A stretch of 63,239 bases of DNA, the filler included, from Octopus bimaculoides (taxonomy: Eukaryota): assembly GCF_001194135.2 (NCBI RefSeq). It is 4 parts of 4 records of this genome, joined end to end, with 100 filler letters (N's around TTAATTAATTAA, not from the genome) between each part and the next. Parts side by side here need not be neighbours in the genome. Positions count along the whole stretch, not along the records: positions 1 to 18,825 come from NC_068983.1; positions 18,926 to 50,108 come from NC_068990.1; 2 more parts are not named here. One strand, 5' to 3'. Positions 11,191 to 24,000 of this stretch are shown here, piece after piece. Below the pieces are notes generated by a model. It searched no databases, had not been told where the DNA came from, and was given only the letters and a program-made list of their open reading frames with translations. Both the position numbers and the translations under genes were made by a program. Numbering within the stretch: the stretch's first letter is position 1; the number at the start of each line of letters is the position of its first letter.

Positions 11191-11862
11191 ACCTGGGTAC
11201 ATTACCAGGATGGTGACAAAGTGCAGAGGACTGGCTGGATGGATCCTGAGAACGTTCAGAACCAGAGAGAAGGAAACCATGATGGTCTTCTGGAGGACGT
11301 TCGTCCTCAGCTGCCTGGATTACTGCTCCCAGCTATGGTCACCCATTAGTGTGAAATTAACAGCGGACCTTGAAGCAATCCAGCGAAACTGCACAAAGAA
11401 GATCGTCTCACTAGAACATTTCAGCTATTGGGAAAGGCGGGAGAGATATGCAGTAATATACATCTGGAAGATCCTGGAAGGAATTGTGCCAAATTTTGTC
11501 CTTGAAAGCTACACAAATGCCAGAACGGGTCGCCACTGCACAGTACCAAAGACCCCAGCACTGCCATCGCGCTTCAGGACCATTTACAGTAGCAGCCTGG
11601 GTTTCATGGGCCCACAGCCTTTTAATATTCTTCCAAAGAGCCTGAGGGACCAACACAAAGTGGATGTAGGTGTTTTCAAATCAAAACTAGACCTCTTTGT
11701 GTCGAAAGTCCCAGATGATCCTATCTCGCGGCAGGAGGTGCAAATGAGAGTAGCGATATCAAAGTCCCTTATTCACTAAATGCCACTTATTAGAGGAGGC
11801 TCTCAATAATAACAGTGCAGCAAAACGGCGTTTCCCCAGCATGGCCACATCTTTGAGCTGAA
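11191..11862 (+). mobile_element. 5'-truncated CR1/Jockey-like LINE (RT C-terminus + 3' UTR)
   Basis: ORF 11210-11779 with FVLSCLDYCSQLWSP, LEAIQR, RERYAVIYIWKILEG, FNILPKSLR and FKSKLDLFVSKVPD. Confidence 0.93.
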
Positions 11863-11885
11863 ATTAGGGGCAATATATATATACA

Positions 11886-11920
<35 letters not shown>

Positions 11921-11947
11921 GTATTCTATATTTTTGAGATGGGGAAT

Positions 11948-12163
11948 TATGTACATTATTTACAATGGATGGATAAGTGGCCTCACCTTCTTTGTTGTTA
12001 TCACGTTTCGGCTGATGTACACTCCAGCCTTCATCGGGTGTTCTAGTGGGTTCGAAATTCCACTAGAACATCCGATGAAGGCTGGAGAGTACATCAGCCG
12101 AAACGTTGTGATAACAACAAACAATGTGAGGACACCTAGCCATCCATTGTAAATAACATATAT
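11948..12163. repeat. Approximately 215-bp palindrome with a degenerate hammerhead in each arm
   Basis: Arms of about 100 bp around loop 12050-12059. Plus arm: CCGATGA-A-GGCTG-N10-CAGCC-GAAAC-GTT-GTG (12072-12110). The two opposite-strand ORFs in the track are nearly identical. Confidence 0.93.
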
Positions 12164-12226
12164 NNNNNNNNNNNNNNNNNNNNNNNNNNNNNNNNNNNNN
12201 NNNNNNTTTAACTTTTTCATCCTCTA

Positions 12227-12775
12227 AAGCGTTTCAGCTTTAGAGCTGCGGCCATGCTGGAGCATGACCGTTTGCTGTGCTACGCCATTATTTGAAGCCT
12301 CCTCTGATATGTGGCATTTGATGAATAAGGGAGTTTGATGCTGCTGCCTTCATTTGTGTTTCCCGCTGTGAGGTAGGCTCAACTGGAACCCCTGACAGAT
12401 GATCCAGTCTTCTTTTAAAGACACCTACATCCACACCATGCAGATATTTTGGAAGGCCCTTGAAACCCACGCTGTTGCAGTAACTGGCTCTGTATTTTTC
12501 TGGTGATGCTGGGACCTTTAACACTCTGCAGTGATGCGCAAGTTTGCTACAAAGCCTTCCAGGATTTTCCAGATGTGTATCACTGCATATCTTTTCCGCC
12601 TCTGTTTTTAGGAACAGAACGTAAGGTATTCGGTCTTTCGTAGAAACTGATACGTTGCATTGAGTATGTGTCTCTCTGTGTATCTTCGCTGGATTGCTCC
12701 GAGTTCCGCCATTGTCTCTGTTTCACTCGTTTTGAAAGTTCGGAGGATTCATCCAGCTAGCTTTCTTCATTTTAT
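12227..12775 (-). mobile_element. Second copy of the same LINE family, opposite orientation
   Basis: Minus-strand peptides ELGAIQRRYT, RYAVIHIWKILEG, FKGLPKYL and VDVGVFKRRLD; 3' tail homologous to 11825-11862. Confidence 0.9.
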
Positions 12776-12794
12776 TACCAAATTAGTGATATAC

Positions 12795-12854
<60 letters not shown>

Positions 12855-14161
12855 TGTAGAGAATAAAGTAACTCTCGAAGGCAGACTAGCGGTGAAAACA
12901 GCTTCGAAGAAAATTGGGAAATACCCTTAGAAGATAGAGAAAACGTGGTTAGTAATTCGCTACAAAGAAACGAACCCCGCATATTTCCGGGTGGGCGATC
13001 TATACGTTTAACTTAAGAACCCCTGACAACAAATACCGTCTTTTTGCGACGTATGTGTTCCGGAATTCGGAATTCCTTTATTTCTTGTAGAATATCAACT
13101 CACTTGGTGCTTCTAAGTTTGTTTATAAAATGACTTCTCAGATACACACGCACACACACACTCACACACATATACATACACACCTATATATACATACGTG
13201 TGTGTATGTGTATACTCACTCGGTATGTGCAACGGAAGCCGTATTAGGTTAAAATAGCAATCGGTGCACCGTACAAGTGTATCACGGAAAACCAAAATTA
13301 GCTGTGGTATTCGTCCAGAGATAATATCTCTGATGGACGCATTATATTGAATATAACACAAACGTATCATAGACGGAGGAAAATTAGAAGCAACGAAGAC
13401 GGCAATGCTATTGTAATCTAATACACATTATCACAGACATATGTTATTAATATAGGAACAGTAACTGATGCCTGTGTGGCTAGAGTAATGACTTCGGAAG
13501 AGTTAATTTGGAAGCCATATCTATTTCAGTCCTCGAGCATTTTTAAATGTTTGAGGTTCTCTATGAGGACCACAATGTAGCTTTTATCTGTGGACTTTGT
13601 TTTCATGCTGAGGTACATCGATTAAACCTGATATTTGAGATATTAGGCGAGGAGGAAATCACGTTACTGGGCCAAAATCTGAGGTGGATTCAATGTTTAC
13701 AACGTTTAAACTGTACGGTGTAGAGACCCTTAAGATTTTTGGCTATTTGAAATACAGACATTTTTTTGACTATGTTGTGCCATTTTCTGGGTGCCTCCTT
13801 CAACAATCTAAACATAAAGCATGTCGTGGGATGGAGATATAAACGTCACCATTGACTAATCGATCTCCAACGAAACTGAACCCCAAACTTTATGGAGAAT
13901 AAATCGTAGAAAGAAGCATTCATGACGATTGTTGTATAATGTAGGCTGTTTTAGAACCCACGTCGGATTTGTATTGATTCTTTTGACAGAGATATTTGTG
14001 TTTTCAATCAATGAATAAAGTTATCGTAGCGTCAGTATGATGGCAGTTTTAACGAACTTCAATATTCTCTGTAAACGTTGTTCAAGTTCAAATTAAACAG
14101 TAGTTTCTGTTTGTTTAATGTTCGCAGCTCTTCACCTGAATCCAAAGGAAATTCACTTTCA

Positions 14162-14205
<44 letters not shown>

Positions 14206-14215
14206 NNNNNNNNNN

Positions 14216-14262
<47 letters not shown>

Positions 14263-14509
14263 TCGAGGAATAAATACCACACTAAAAAAATTTTCTAACT
14301 TTAATTGTTTGAAATAAATAGAATATTTTGAATTCAGTTAAAAGTTCCAAAATACATTTACTATTTGATCAAATAAAAAAAAATTCCCTCTTAACTGGAA
14401 AGATTCACACCGGCGTGTTCAACATTATTGAATTAAATAACAAATTGTTCGCGTTATCGATTTAATAAATGTTTTGAAAACATTAAATATAAGAAAAGCG
14501 AATATATAG

Positions 14510-14820
14510 ACGCAGGAGCGGATGCGTGGTAGGTAGCTTGCTTACCAACCACATGGTTCCGGGTTCAGTCCCACTGCGTGGCACCTTGGCCAAGTGTTTT
14601 CTACTATAGCCTCAGGCTGACCAAAGCCTTGTGTGTGTGTTGGTGTGTTTGTCACCCCAACATCGCTTGACAACCGATGCTGGTGTGTTTACGTCCCCGT
14701 AACTTAGCGGTTCGGCAAAAAGAGACCTAAAGAATAAGTCCTGGGGTTGGTTTGCTCGACTAAAGGCGGTGCTCTAGCATGGCCGCAGCCAAATGACTGA
14801 AACGAATAAAAGAATATAAA
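14510..14820 (+). mobile_element. SINE family B (internal deletion)
   Basis: Head, CORE-like domain and GGCGGTGCTCTAGCATGGCCGCAGCCAAATGACTGAAAC tail. Confidence 0.95.
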
Positions 14821-15179
14821 TATGAATGCATATACAAGAACTATGAATTGAATGCTTGTTACAGTCTATACGATAAAATTATGTTAGCACTTCTCCCTGG
14901 TCAGTGAATGTATTCTTGCACTGAAGAATATTTTAAATTACGTATAACCACGAATCCATAATCACTCTAAGAACACAAACTGACACACAAATTTATTTAC
15001 ACTTTTAGAGCAATAAAATTTGACCAAGATTTGGGGGAAACAACTCCAAAAACTTTCAGTCTCCAGCTGAATCAGATGAATATTTCACAACGTTTTACCT
15101 TACCGTTGAAGTTTCCGGCAAATCATCTAGATAGAATATTATTTAACTTGCCTGCCTCTCAACGTTTCACTTGAGAAGT

Positions 15180-15568
15180 GTTCATGCTGGGGCACCACCT
15201 TGAGGGATTTAGTCGAACAAATCTACCCTAGTATTTGTTATGCTTGTTTTTAAGCTTCGTACGTACTCTAGCGGTCATTAACGCTGAACCGATGAATCAT
15301 AAACTAGCCAACACCAGTTATCGAGCGGTGGGTGGGGTGAGGTGATCAAATGCACACACAGAGATACATACATAGGTATAGATAGATAGATAGATAGATA
15401 GATATGCGACGGGCTTCTTTCAGTTTCCATCTACCAAATTTACACGCAAGGCTTTGGTCAGCCTGGGACTTATAGTAAAAGACACTTGCCTAAATTTCCA
15501 CGCAGTAGGACTGAACCCAGAACTATGTTGGGAAGCAAGCATTTTACCACACGGCCGCGCCTGCGCCT
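15180..15568 (-). mobile_element. SINE family B
   Basis: Reverse complement of head (GGCGCAGGCGCGGCCGTGTGG), core and tail. Confidence 0.9.
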
Positions 15569-15769
15569 ATTTGTAGATAAGGGAAGTGTGCCGAGTAAGT
15601 ATTTTTGCGTATCAATGCCGTTATCATCTCTACGCAATAAACTGTGGTGACTGGCCGAACCTCCTCTACCCAAAGCCGGCAAAGACATTATGGTTTATCA
15701 GTTGAGTCAGAAGGAAGGGGAAATGCTTAGAACCATTACAAGCTCTCCGAAATTTCTGAGTTTAATGGC

Positions 15770-16660
15770 GTTAACTCTCCATTTATATCATTGCTGACCA
15801 AACACTTGAAGAAAAGACTTGAGCAGAGAGAAGAGTCCAGTGGGATGTTGTGCTGGAGATAAAGGACCGGGCATAATGGTTTGTGTAGGGGATCAAACGC
15901 AGCAAAACAAAACGAGAATTGGGAAAGTAAGCGGATCTGGAATGCCTCAGTGGTGGAGGTAGGAGACCAATGAGCTCCGAGGAACAGAATTCATAATGGT
16001 AGCGACGGAAAACTGAGAGAACTTGAGGAACAGAGGATGGAATGAGGTTGTTAGGGACTGAATAAAAAGTAATAAAACGACTCTTCTCTGGATGCTGTTT
16101 GCTCTCACCCAGTGGTGAGAGCAGTACTTCATTGCAGATTTCATTTAACCTGTTGGCTGTCTGCAGTTGTGAGGAGCTGAAATATTTTCTCTCCTGAAGA
16201 CAATTGCCAGTGTTTAGGAAAGATCATAGTTATGTTAAGGATAGGTTTTCACCATGGGAAATACTCGATCATGAGACCCAGGATTTGGAGTGACAATGAG
16301 GGATCTAGTTGAGTGTCTTTCATATTTAGAAGTGGTACGGTGCAGTTATTGATATAAATAGAGTTTTACGCTGTAGAAGAGACAAGACTGGTATGGCCCC
16401 ACTGAAAGACAGTCTCAAGAAGTTTGTTTATGGAATCAGTGCAGGGTTGGTGTGTGATGTCCAAAATGCATGGATGATACATTGATTTGACAGAGCTATG
16501 CATAATAATGAATGTTGCTTGGTGTGATGGCAAGTATTCATTGCGGGAGGAAGACTCAGAAGATTCATCCTTAACATGACAAGATTTTTAAATGTTTTTA
16601 AAACTGACGACTCTCTCATTAAACAGCAATGAGTTGTCAGGAGTGTTTCCACTTTGTTAA
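15770..16660 (-). mobile_element. Heavily decayed CR1/Jockey-like LINE RT region
   Basis: Minus-strand DSINKLLETVFQWGHTSLV..LDPSLSLQILGL..W and TNHYARSFISST..W match RT thumb and C-terminal motifs; many stops. Confidence 0.65.
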
Positions 16661-16671
16661 TAGAACCAAAA

Positions 16672-16890
16672 GTTGGAAACTGGCAGAACCATTAACATAC
16701 TGGACGAAATGCTGCTAAGCATTTCGTCCGTCTTTGCCTTTTGAGTTCAAAACCCGCCGAAGTCGACTTTACCTTCCATCCTTTCGGGGTCGATAAAATA
16801 TGCACCATTCAAGTACTGGCACCAGTGTAATCGATTGGCTCCTCCCCTCAAAACCTAAGGGACTTGTGCTAAAACTTGAGACCAATATTT
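16672..16890 (+). mobile_element. SINE family A, diverged
   Basis: TGGCAGAA head, GAGTTCAAA B box, GTCGACTTTACCTTCCATCCTTTCGGGGTCGATAAA core. Confidence 0.9.
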
Positions 16891-18329
16891 TAAGGGAGCC
16901 AGTTATGAAAGAATTAGCATACTTCACATGTTGTTCTTATACTAAACTGAGCTGTATTCTCAACTTAGATATACTCTCATCAAATTCTACTGATTTTACT
17001 TAATTATTATTTCCTCGTTAGCGTAATATCTTCTATTTAAAAAAGTCACTACTGAAACATAATTGTTTGCCAAGTTTATATTTTTAGATCCTCTCCTGCC
17101 AATGTTTACCGTAGCCCTCATCACTTTTCTATTATTTCATTGTGTAAGCTAGTTACTGGTGACTACTCTATGGGGAATGTTGCATTGCGTAAAATGAGAA
17201 AAAGTAACAACGCGAAATATAAGAAAAACAAAAACAATTACTTTCTTATCTCGTAACCTTGTTAATACCCTGTTAAATATGATATGGCCTGCCCTTTACG
17301 GTTGTTCCTTATCTATTGCGTAAAAGGTTTCCAAATTAAGATTGACTGAACAGATGTACAACAAGCTACTCTGCAAAAATCTACCTCTATTGAAACGTAT
17401 ACTAACGAACCAAAGAAGCAGTCACCCTGCAACCTCTAACCTGCTAGAAACAACAGCCACATGTTACTCTAAACAACTCTACTAGTTTAAAAGCAGCAAT
17501 GACTGTGCAGTTGCTGATCAATAGGAACAATCAAGAATGGAATGCATCGATTATGTTTCCTCGATAAAGAGTATTTCTGGTGTTAACAACCACAACAATA
17601 AGCGTTCGATCCTCGGTCGCATTGACTACTGGCATAACCTATCGCTGCAGTTTACGCAAAGATCAAACTTAAATGAGTAAATCTAGTTACAAAATATACC
17701 AACTATGGCCGTCCTTTATATTAGAGGTAGCAAAAGCTAGATTATTCAATGTGTCTTCTCCATTTTAAAATTACGCTGTTTGATTCGAGAAATACCTGGT
17801 TGCTATTTTCAGCAGGTCCAGTTATATTTCGTACCTCATCAGTCCCATTCAACCCTATAGGCACTCTCTCCTCTTGTTCGTTAAATATAACTGATATGTT
17901 AGATTAGCACAGGGTATCAAATATGGAGGGTGGATCGTTAGTTAATCCTTTATCCTATATGTATTAGGTATTCCTTTTATCGACTAAGTGGGGTGAGAGC
18001 TGACACTGTTATCCCAGGATTAATAAGACTGTCTTTTTCTCTCTTGTTTTTGCAACTCTTTCGTTCGTATCGATAATATCTGGCCTTCTTACAAATAAAC
18101 ATTTTGCGAAAGCAGCCTCGCATTTGACTTCTCGTTGCCTCAACCTGGATCAGATGAATTTTCGAATCTACATGGATACGATTTGAAATCAGGATACATA
18201 TTGATAAAATTTTAAAATACCATTATGAACATCATTTGTAATTTGGAGCAAATTCAAATACTTTGTTTATGATCATGTTTTTGTATTCGTGAGTGCAGGA
18301 ATACTGTTTTTAAATTTTGAATAAATCTA

Positions 18330-18512
18330 GCAATTTAGGACGGTATGGAATTGAGTGTATCGACCCCAGTTCTGAGCTGGTTTTTATTTCATCGACTCCG
18401 AAAGGATGAAAGCCAAAGTCGACCACGGCAGAATTTGAACTCAGAACGTAAAGACAAATGAAATACCGTTATACATTTTGCCCGGCGTGCTAACGGTTCT
18501 GCCAGCTCCCGG
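18330..18512 (-). mobile_element. SINE family A
   Basis: Core and head on the minus strand. Confidence 0.9.
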
Positions 18513-18785
18513 CCTTTGTGTGCAGGAATATTGAAGGGGACAAACGATTAAACAGACGCAGGAGACAGTAAAACGAGGAAAAAACAAACTAAAACTGGAA
18601 CATTTCAGTCGGAAGGTAAATATATTTTGTACATAATTTATTATGTAGAAGACCAGGAGTTGCCAATTTATGGAAGTCTCCATTCTCTATGGATACCCAT
18701 TGTGTCCGAGAGAAGGACAAGACGATCACTGTGAAGACTAGGTCTCAATGTCTTACAAATTTGGTGTGATAGTACAAAGAGCCGG

Positions 18786-18825
<40 letters not shown>

Positions 18826-18925
18826 NNNNNNNNNNNNNNNNNNNNNNNNNNNNNNNNNNNNNNNNNNNNTTAATTAATTAANNNNNNNNNNNNNNNNNNN
18901 NNNNNNNNNNNNNNNNNNNNNNNNN
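18826..18925. other. Artificial 100-nt scaffold linker
   Basis: 44 N + TTAATTAATTAA (18870-18881; stops in all six frames) + 44 N. Confidence 0.95.
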
Positions 18926-21046
18926 TTTTTTTTTTTTTTTTTTTTTTTTAGTGATGCTAAACATTTAAACGTTGCAGTTAATTCCAACTGCTGCCCTAAC
19001 AGCATGTTTTTTTGGCATGGTTGGCTTTATGGGAGCTGTATGAAGGGTGAAAGAACAACTCAAAGGTTTGTCAAATTCACATGGGCAAAACAACCAAAGA
19101 TCTTCCATTTTAAATGATGATTTTTACATCCTATTCAATTTTAATGAGGTCAACATGAATGTAAATATATACACAGATCAGGCGAAATTGAGTTAACAAA
19201 GGGTGGAATGAATTTGTTGCACACTATATCCATTATGGAAATCTGCTGTTACAAATTTTCCTGTAAAGATCCAAACATTCCTGGAATAGAATTTAAACTG
19301 ATTGCACTTGACTGTGCACAGCTAATGAGCCTCTTTGTATATATGACTGGTCTTCAGAGGTTAATATTCTAGAGGAAATATTCTGCTTTAAAAGGGAACA
19401 AAAAAAAAAACTGTAAAATTACCTTAAAATATTTGATGAACGTAATTCCAGTTTGTAAAGTTTTTTATACATAATTGAATATATGTTTGGAGAATATATT
19501 TGCTCACTTTTGGAGAGCACGAGTTTTCGCAAAACAAATTGTTGGTCTGATGTTGAATTGTGTATTGTTCTATTTTATGAGCCACAATTCAGGCATTGGT
19601 GTTCGTTACACCCAATCCCCCTATTCCCTAAAAAAAAACCCAAAAACTTTTGATCAAATGTTCTACAAGATTTTTAAAAAAAGAAAAAGAAAAAGATATG
19701 CAAATCTCCTTTTTAATGCGGAGAAACTGTGCTGAAGGTGATCTCAATTTGTTAAAGAAAATAAAAATCCCAAAAAAACCTCAACAAAATGCTGACATTT
19801 GTTCGTTACTCAGCTGCACACAACAGCTGCTGCTATCATACCCAGTGCTGTTACGTGTTGTCTGCAACATCTTTAATTAATATTACTCCATACCATACAG
19901 TTTTTAAGAGATTCAGTAAATCAGTTTTAATTATTTGATATTTGTTGCATTTTTGTATTGAAGTAAACAAATTTTCAAGGTCCCACCGTCTTAAAATTGT
20001 GTATTTAGTATTATTATTATCATTATTATTATTATTATTATTATCATTATTATTACAACATGTTTCTGATTTCAATGTTTTTCAAGACTTTGGATTTTGT
20101 CTTTTACAATTTCATTCCAGTTTAGGTAAAGTAAACAAACTTGTGGTATTTGAATTGTTTTTGAATTAGTTAAGTTTTACAGTTGGGGAAAGTTTGTCCA
20201 GGAAATTTTAGATCCTGACCATTTACTCTTCTGTATGAATTTGCTTCATGTTGTCTTGTTCTTACTTTTGCGTTTTCTTCTACTTTGTGATTTATCTTGG
20301 GGAAAATCATTTAACTTCAACCCCAAGTAATTATTTTAGTTGGAGCAGCTGGCTGTTATTTCCTTACTTGTAGTTTTGGTTGTATTGCTGTTTTTTGTAT
20401 TTTCTACATGTCAAATTATGCAATAAAATTTCTGCATTCAAAGTTAGTTTGCACTAACGTGTCAGGTAATCAATGCATGAGAATGGATGGTTTTCCCTTA
20501 CCAGTGTTACTTTGAAAAAGTCAACATTTTCATATTTCTGATGGTCATCTTACTGCTGTGTAAGTCCTCCCAGAGGCTTGGCTATTTAAAAGAAGAAAAC
20601 ATTGCTCAAATGTCTTTATGCAATTCATATTTGATCGTGACATTGTGGGCCTCAAATAAGACATTACTGTAACAAACCTGTATGTTTCTGTCATTTTCAT
20701 ACTTCACAGTTGACCTTCTTTCTAGCTACAAGCAAGCAGACTAAAATTACAAAGTGATTTCTTATGGACAGTATCCAGAATGACTGCCACTTAGCAAATA
20801 TATGACTAGATTAACTTCTGATTGTTGAAGCTATAATTTGTTTGTAATTTCTTGAAAGTTTAAATATTAATTATTTACTAAGACTATTTTCATTTCAAAT
20901 ATGAATTATAATACACAAGTTAATTGTTGGTTTCTATTTTTTTTTTTTACTTTATTTTTGAATCCACTTTTTTTTTCTTTTTTTTTTTTCTTGCTGTTTA
21001 TTTTGAAGTGTGGAATGTTTTCTCACTAATGATAGAAACTTTTTTT

Positions 21047-21088
<42 letters not shown>

Positions 21089-24000
21089 AAATCTGACACA
21101 ATAGATTAATTGCTTCTTAATTACACTTATTTTATCTGCAGTTGCTTCTGCCAGAAGGTTATTGTGAAGGAAACATAAGTCATGAATGCTTGATAACACT
21201 CTGTTATGAGCATTTGCACTACCAAATTTATCCCACTTTGTGGCCTCAAACTGTTGATTGATTTCTATAAGTTGGCTAACGGGAACATAAAACTCAGTCA
21301 TGGGGAAAATTGTTATTCCAGCGATGTATTACAACTTTTTTTTCCTTTTCACTTTTTATTTATTCACCAACCTATAAACATTCCAAATCCATTTGCACAT
21401 TTTAAAAATGTTTAGTTTTTGTTGGGTATAATTGTGGTTAAAATAAATTAGAAGTATTGTTTCTTTAATCCCATAAACAGCTGATTTATATGAGAACATA
21501 CATTCCAAATATTTTCCCCACTTGCCATTTTTTTTTAAATATTTCAACATCTTTTAGATACTTTATACTGACTAAAACATTGTGCAATACAAATTTTACC
21601 TGAACATTATGTTTCAGGGTTCCAATGTTTCAGTTATAAGTGGCAGACAATAGATTGGTTGAGAAAAAAAAAATGAATTGTATTCAGGTTGCTTATCCGT
21701 TAATGAGCCATAATTAAATTTTGCAGGCAATTTTTTGAAACCAATAAAATATTTAATTGAAAAAAATACCATTTTCTATTTTTGATACATTCTTTGCCTT
21801 TTTCTATTTAAAAAAATTCCTTGTCTTGTCTTCTTGAAAGAAAACCCAGCTTCTACAAAGTTCAGTTGTCTAAACATTCAAGTTAAATTTACTTGCTGGA
21901 TGTCAGATTTTAGGCTGAATAGTATAATTACTAAGAATCTTACTTTAGCTGCTTTTACAGTCGCTTCTCTTGAAAATTAATGGTGTATATATACCTATAG
22001 ACTTCCTCAAACTATGTGATTTTTGCATAGTTATTGTCAAATTTCAATGTAGCATATTTATGAGTACATATAATAAAATTATATTAATGCCTTCCAATAT
22101 TTGATATTTCGGGACCAATTATTTATATTAAACTAATGCTTGCGGAACATTGGTTCAGTGTTCAGTTGTTAAATGTTTTGAGATTGTGATTTAGAAATGT
22201 CTTGTATGACGACACCATTTCACTTGAAGGTGTATAGAGCTGCTGCTTGAAAATGTTGGTTGTGTGTAAAGAAAAACAAAAAAGAATGAAAAAAGACACT
22301 TCAATAAAAGTTTGTAAAGTATGCTGCTGACATGATCACAGCAAGTCGTGAGATGTATTTGTAAAATTCTAACAGAAAAAAATACTATTTGGCTTTTAAT
22401 GAGCCATTATATTAAATTCTGGAGTAATGATTTTAACAGAATTGAACTCAATATTTTTACAATTTGTATTGGCAGTTAGGAATATTGTAGGTTTATTTAT
22501 ATTGGAGTAAAATGAAAAGTAGTTACGCAATTATTTCCTGTTGTAGCAATAACTGTTATCTTTATTGAAAACTTATTTAATAAGATACTAAGATTTATAG
22601 AAATTATTCATTTTTAGATAATCAATTTAGTTAGTTTATTAGATTAATCAATTTTCATAATTTCTATACACATCTAATTTTAATTACTGAATAATGCCCA
22701 CTTTAATATAAATATAATAAATTTGAGTATGTTGTTAGACTGGTATTTTTAGCCACTTGTGTGTTACTGGGGGAATATCTATGCAATTTATTGAGAATCA
22801 AAAGTAATTTATTCTTGCTGAATAAAAACTTGCAATAGTTTGCCAAGAGTTTTTCAATATTTGGCTATTGAACTATTGAAAGTTATGCATTTTAAAATTT
22901 TTCTAAACTATCAATTGGCAAGAAAAAATATCTATATTTTGCTATTCATCTTGTCATGGATTTTTTTATAGGCTTAAGAATTTTCAGAAGTTCTTGTACA
23001 TAAAATAATTTCATGACTGCCATCAGAAAGATCATTAAAACTTACCTCCATCCACTTCATTTATTCAAGATAACATTTTACAATCCTCTATCTTAGTATT
23101 AATATTTTAACCCTCAACAATGAATTATTTGAACATCCCTGAAATCAATCATCTTCCTTTTAAAGATGGCTTAATGTATCATCTCTTCTAAGATGTCTCT
23201 GTTGCCTTGGTAATGAGGCCATGTCGGTCAGATTTCCTGCCTGGAATCTTAGCTTGTTTACCTAATACTTGTCATAATTCTAGTGGTGAAGCTGAAGTAT
23301 TATAAAGTCTTTTTGTCAATGCATTCAGGCTTGAAATGCCTATGTTTCACTTGATAATAGTGACACTTTCATAATTGAAAATTTTCAGACGAAAATGAAT
23401 TAAAAAAAACAAAACAAAACAGAAACGCATACAAAAAAAATTAATAATAAAAACAGAAATCACGTTTGAGGCATTGAACAAAAACTTTCAAAGATTTTTC
23501 TTTTTACTGCACAAATGAATTTCAGTTTTGCAATGAGGAGAGAAAATAGTTTTCTATCTGATGATAGAAAATTAAAAATTTTAGCAAAGTGTGCTGGTTC
23601 TTCTCTAAGTGAAATTTTTACAGTGTTTGTTATTTAAAGTTAAAAGACACTGGAAAAAATGTTCATTCAGCTTCTCCATCAATAAATTGGGGTAGACATT
23701 TCTTGAATTTCTACAACAACGATATACAGTATTGATATAAGGAGTTTTCTTATATTTTGAGATGTATATGCATATCTTAATTTATAAAGAATTATGTGAC
23801 AATGGTTCATTTTTAGGAGGAAAGTATTAAAAGTCTGTTTGAATAGGAATTCTTTTTCTTTTTTTTTTTTTTATCATGTATTATAAACTAAGATTTTTAC
23901 TAGCCTGTACAAGGTTTCTTGAATTTGTGATGGAAATTACATTCTTTCTATTCTCAACGGTTAAAATTTATTCATGATATTTAACTGTTTTTCTGGATAT

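Noticed and set aside
17815-17850. Minus-strand CTGATGA-GGTAC-GAAATATA hammerhead-like core
   Set aside because: Stem II is only 1 bp and stem I cannot form; compatible with chance
18870-18881. TTAATTAATTAA as a biological palindrome
   Set aside because: Always centred in exactly 44+44 Ns, so it is an assembly spacer
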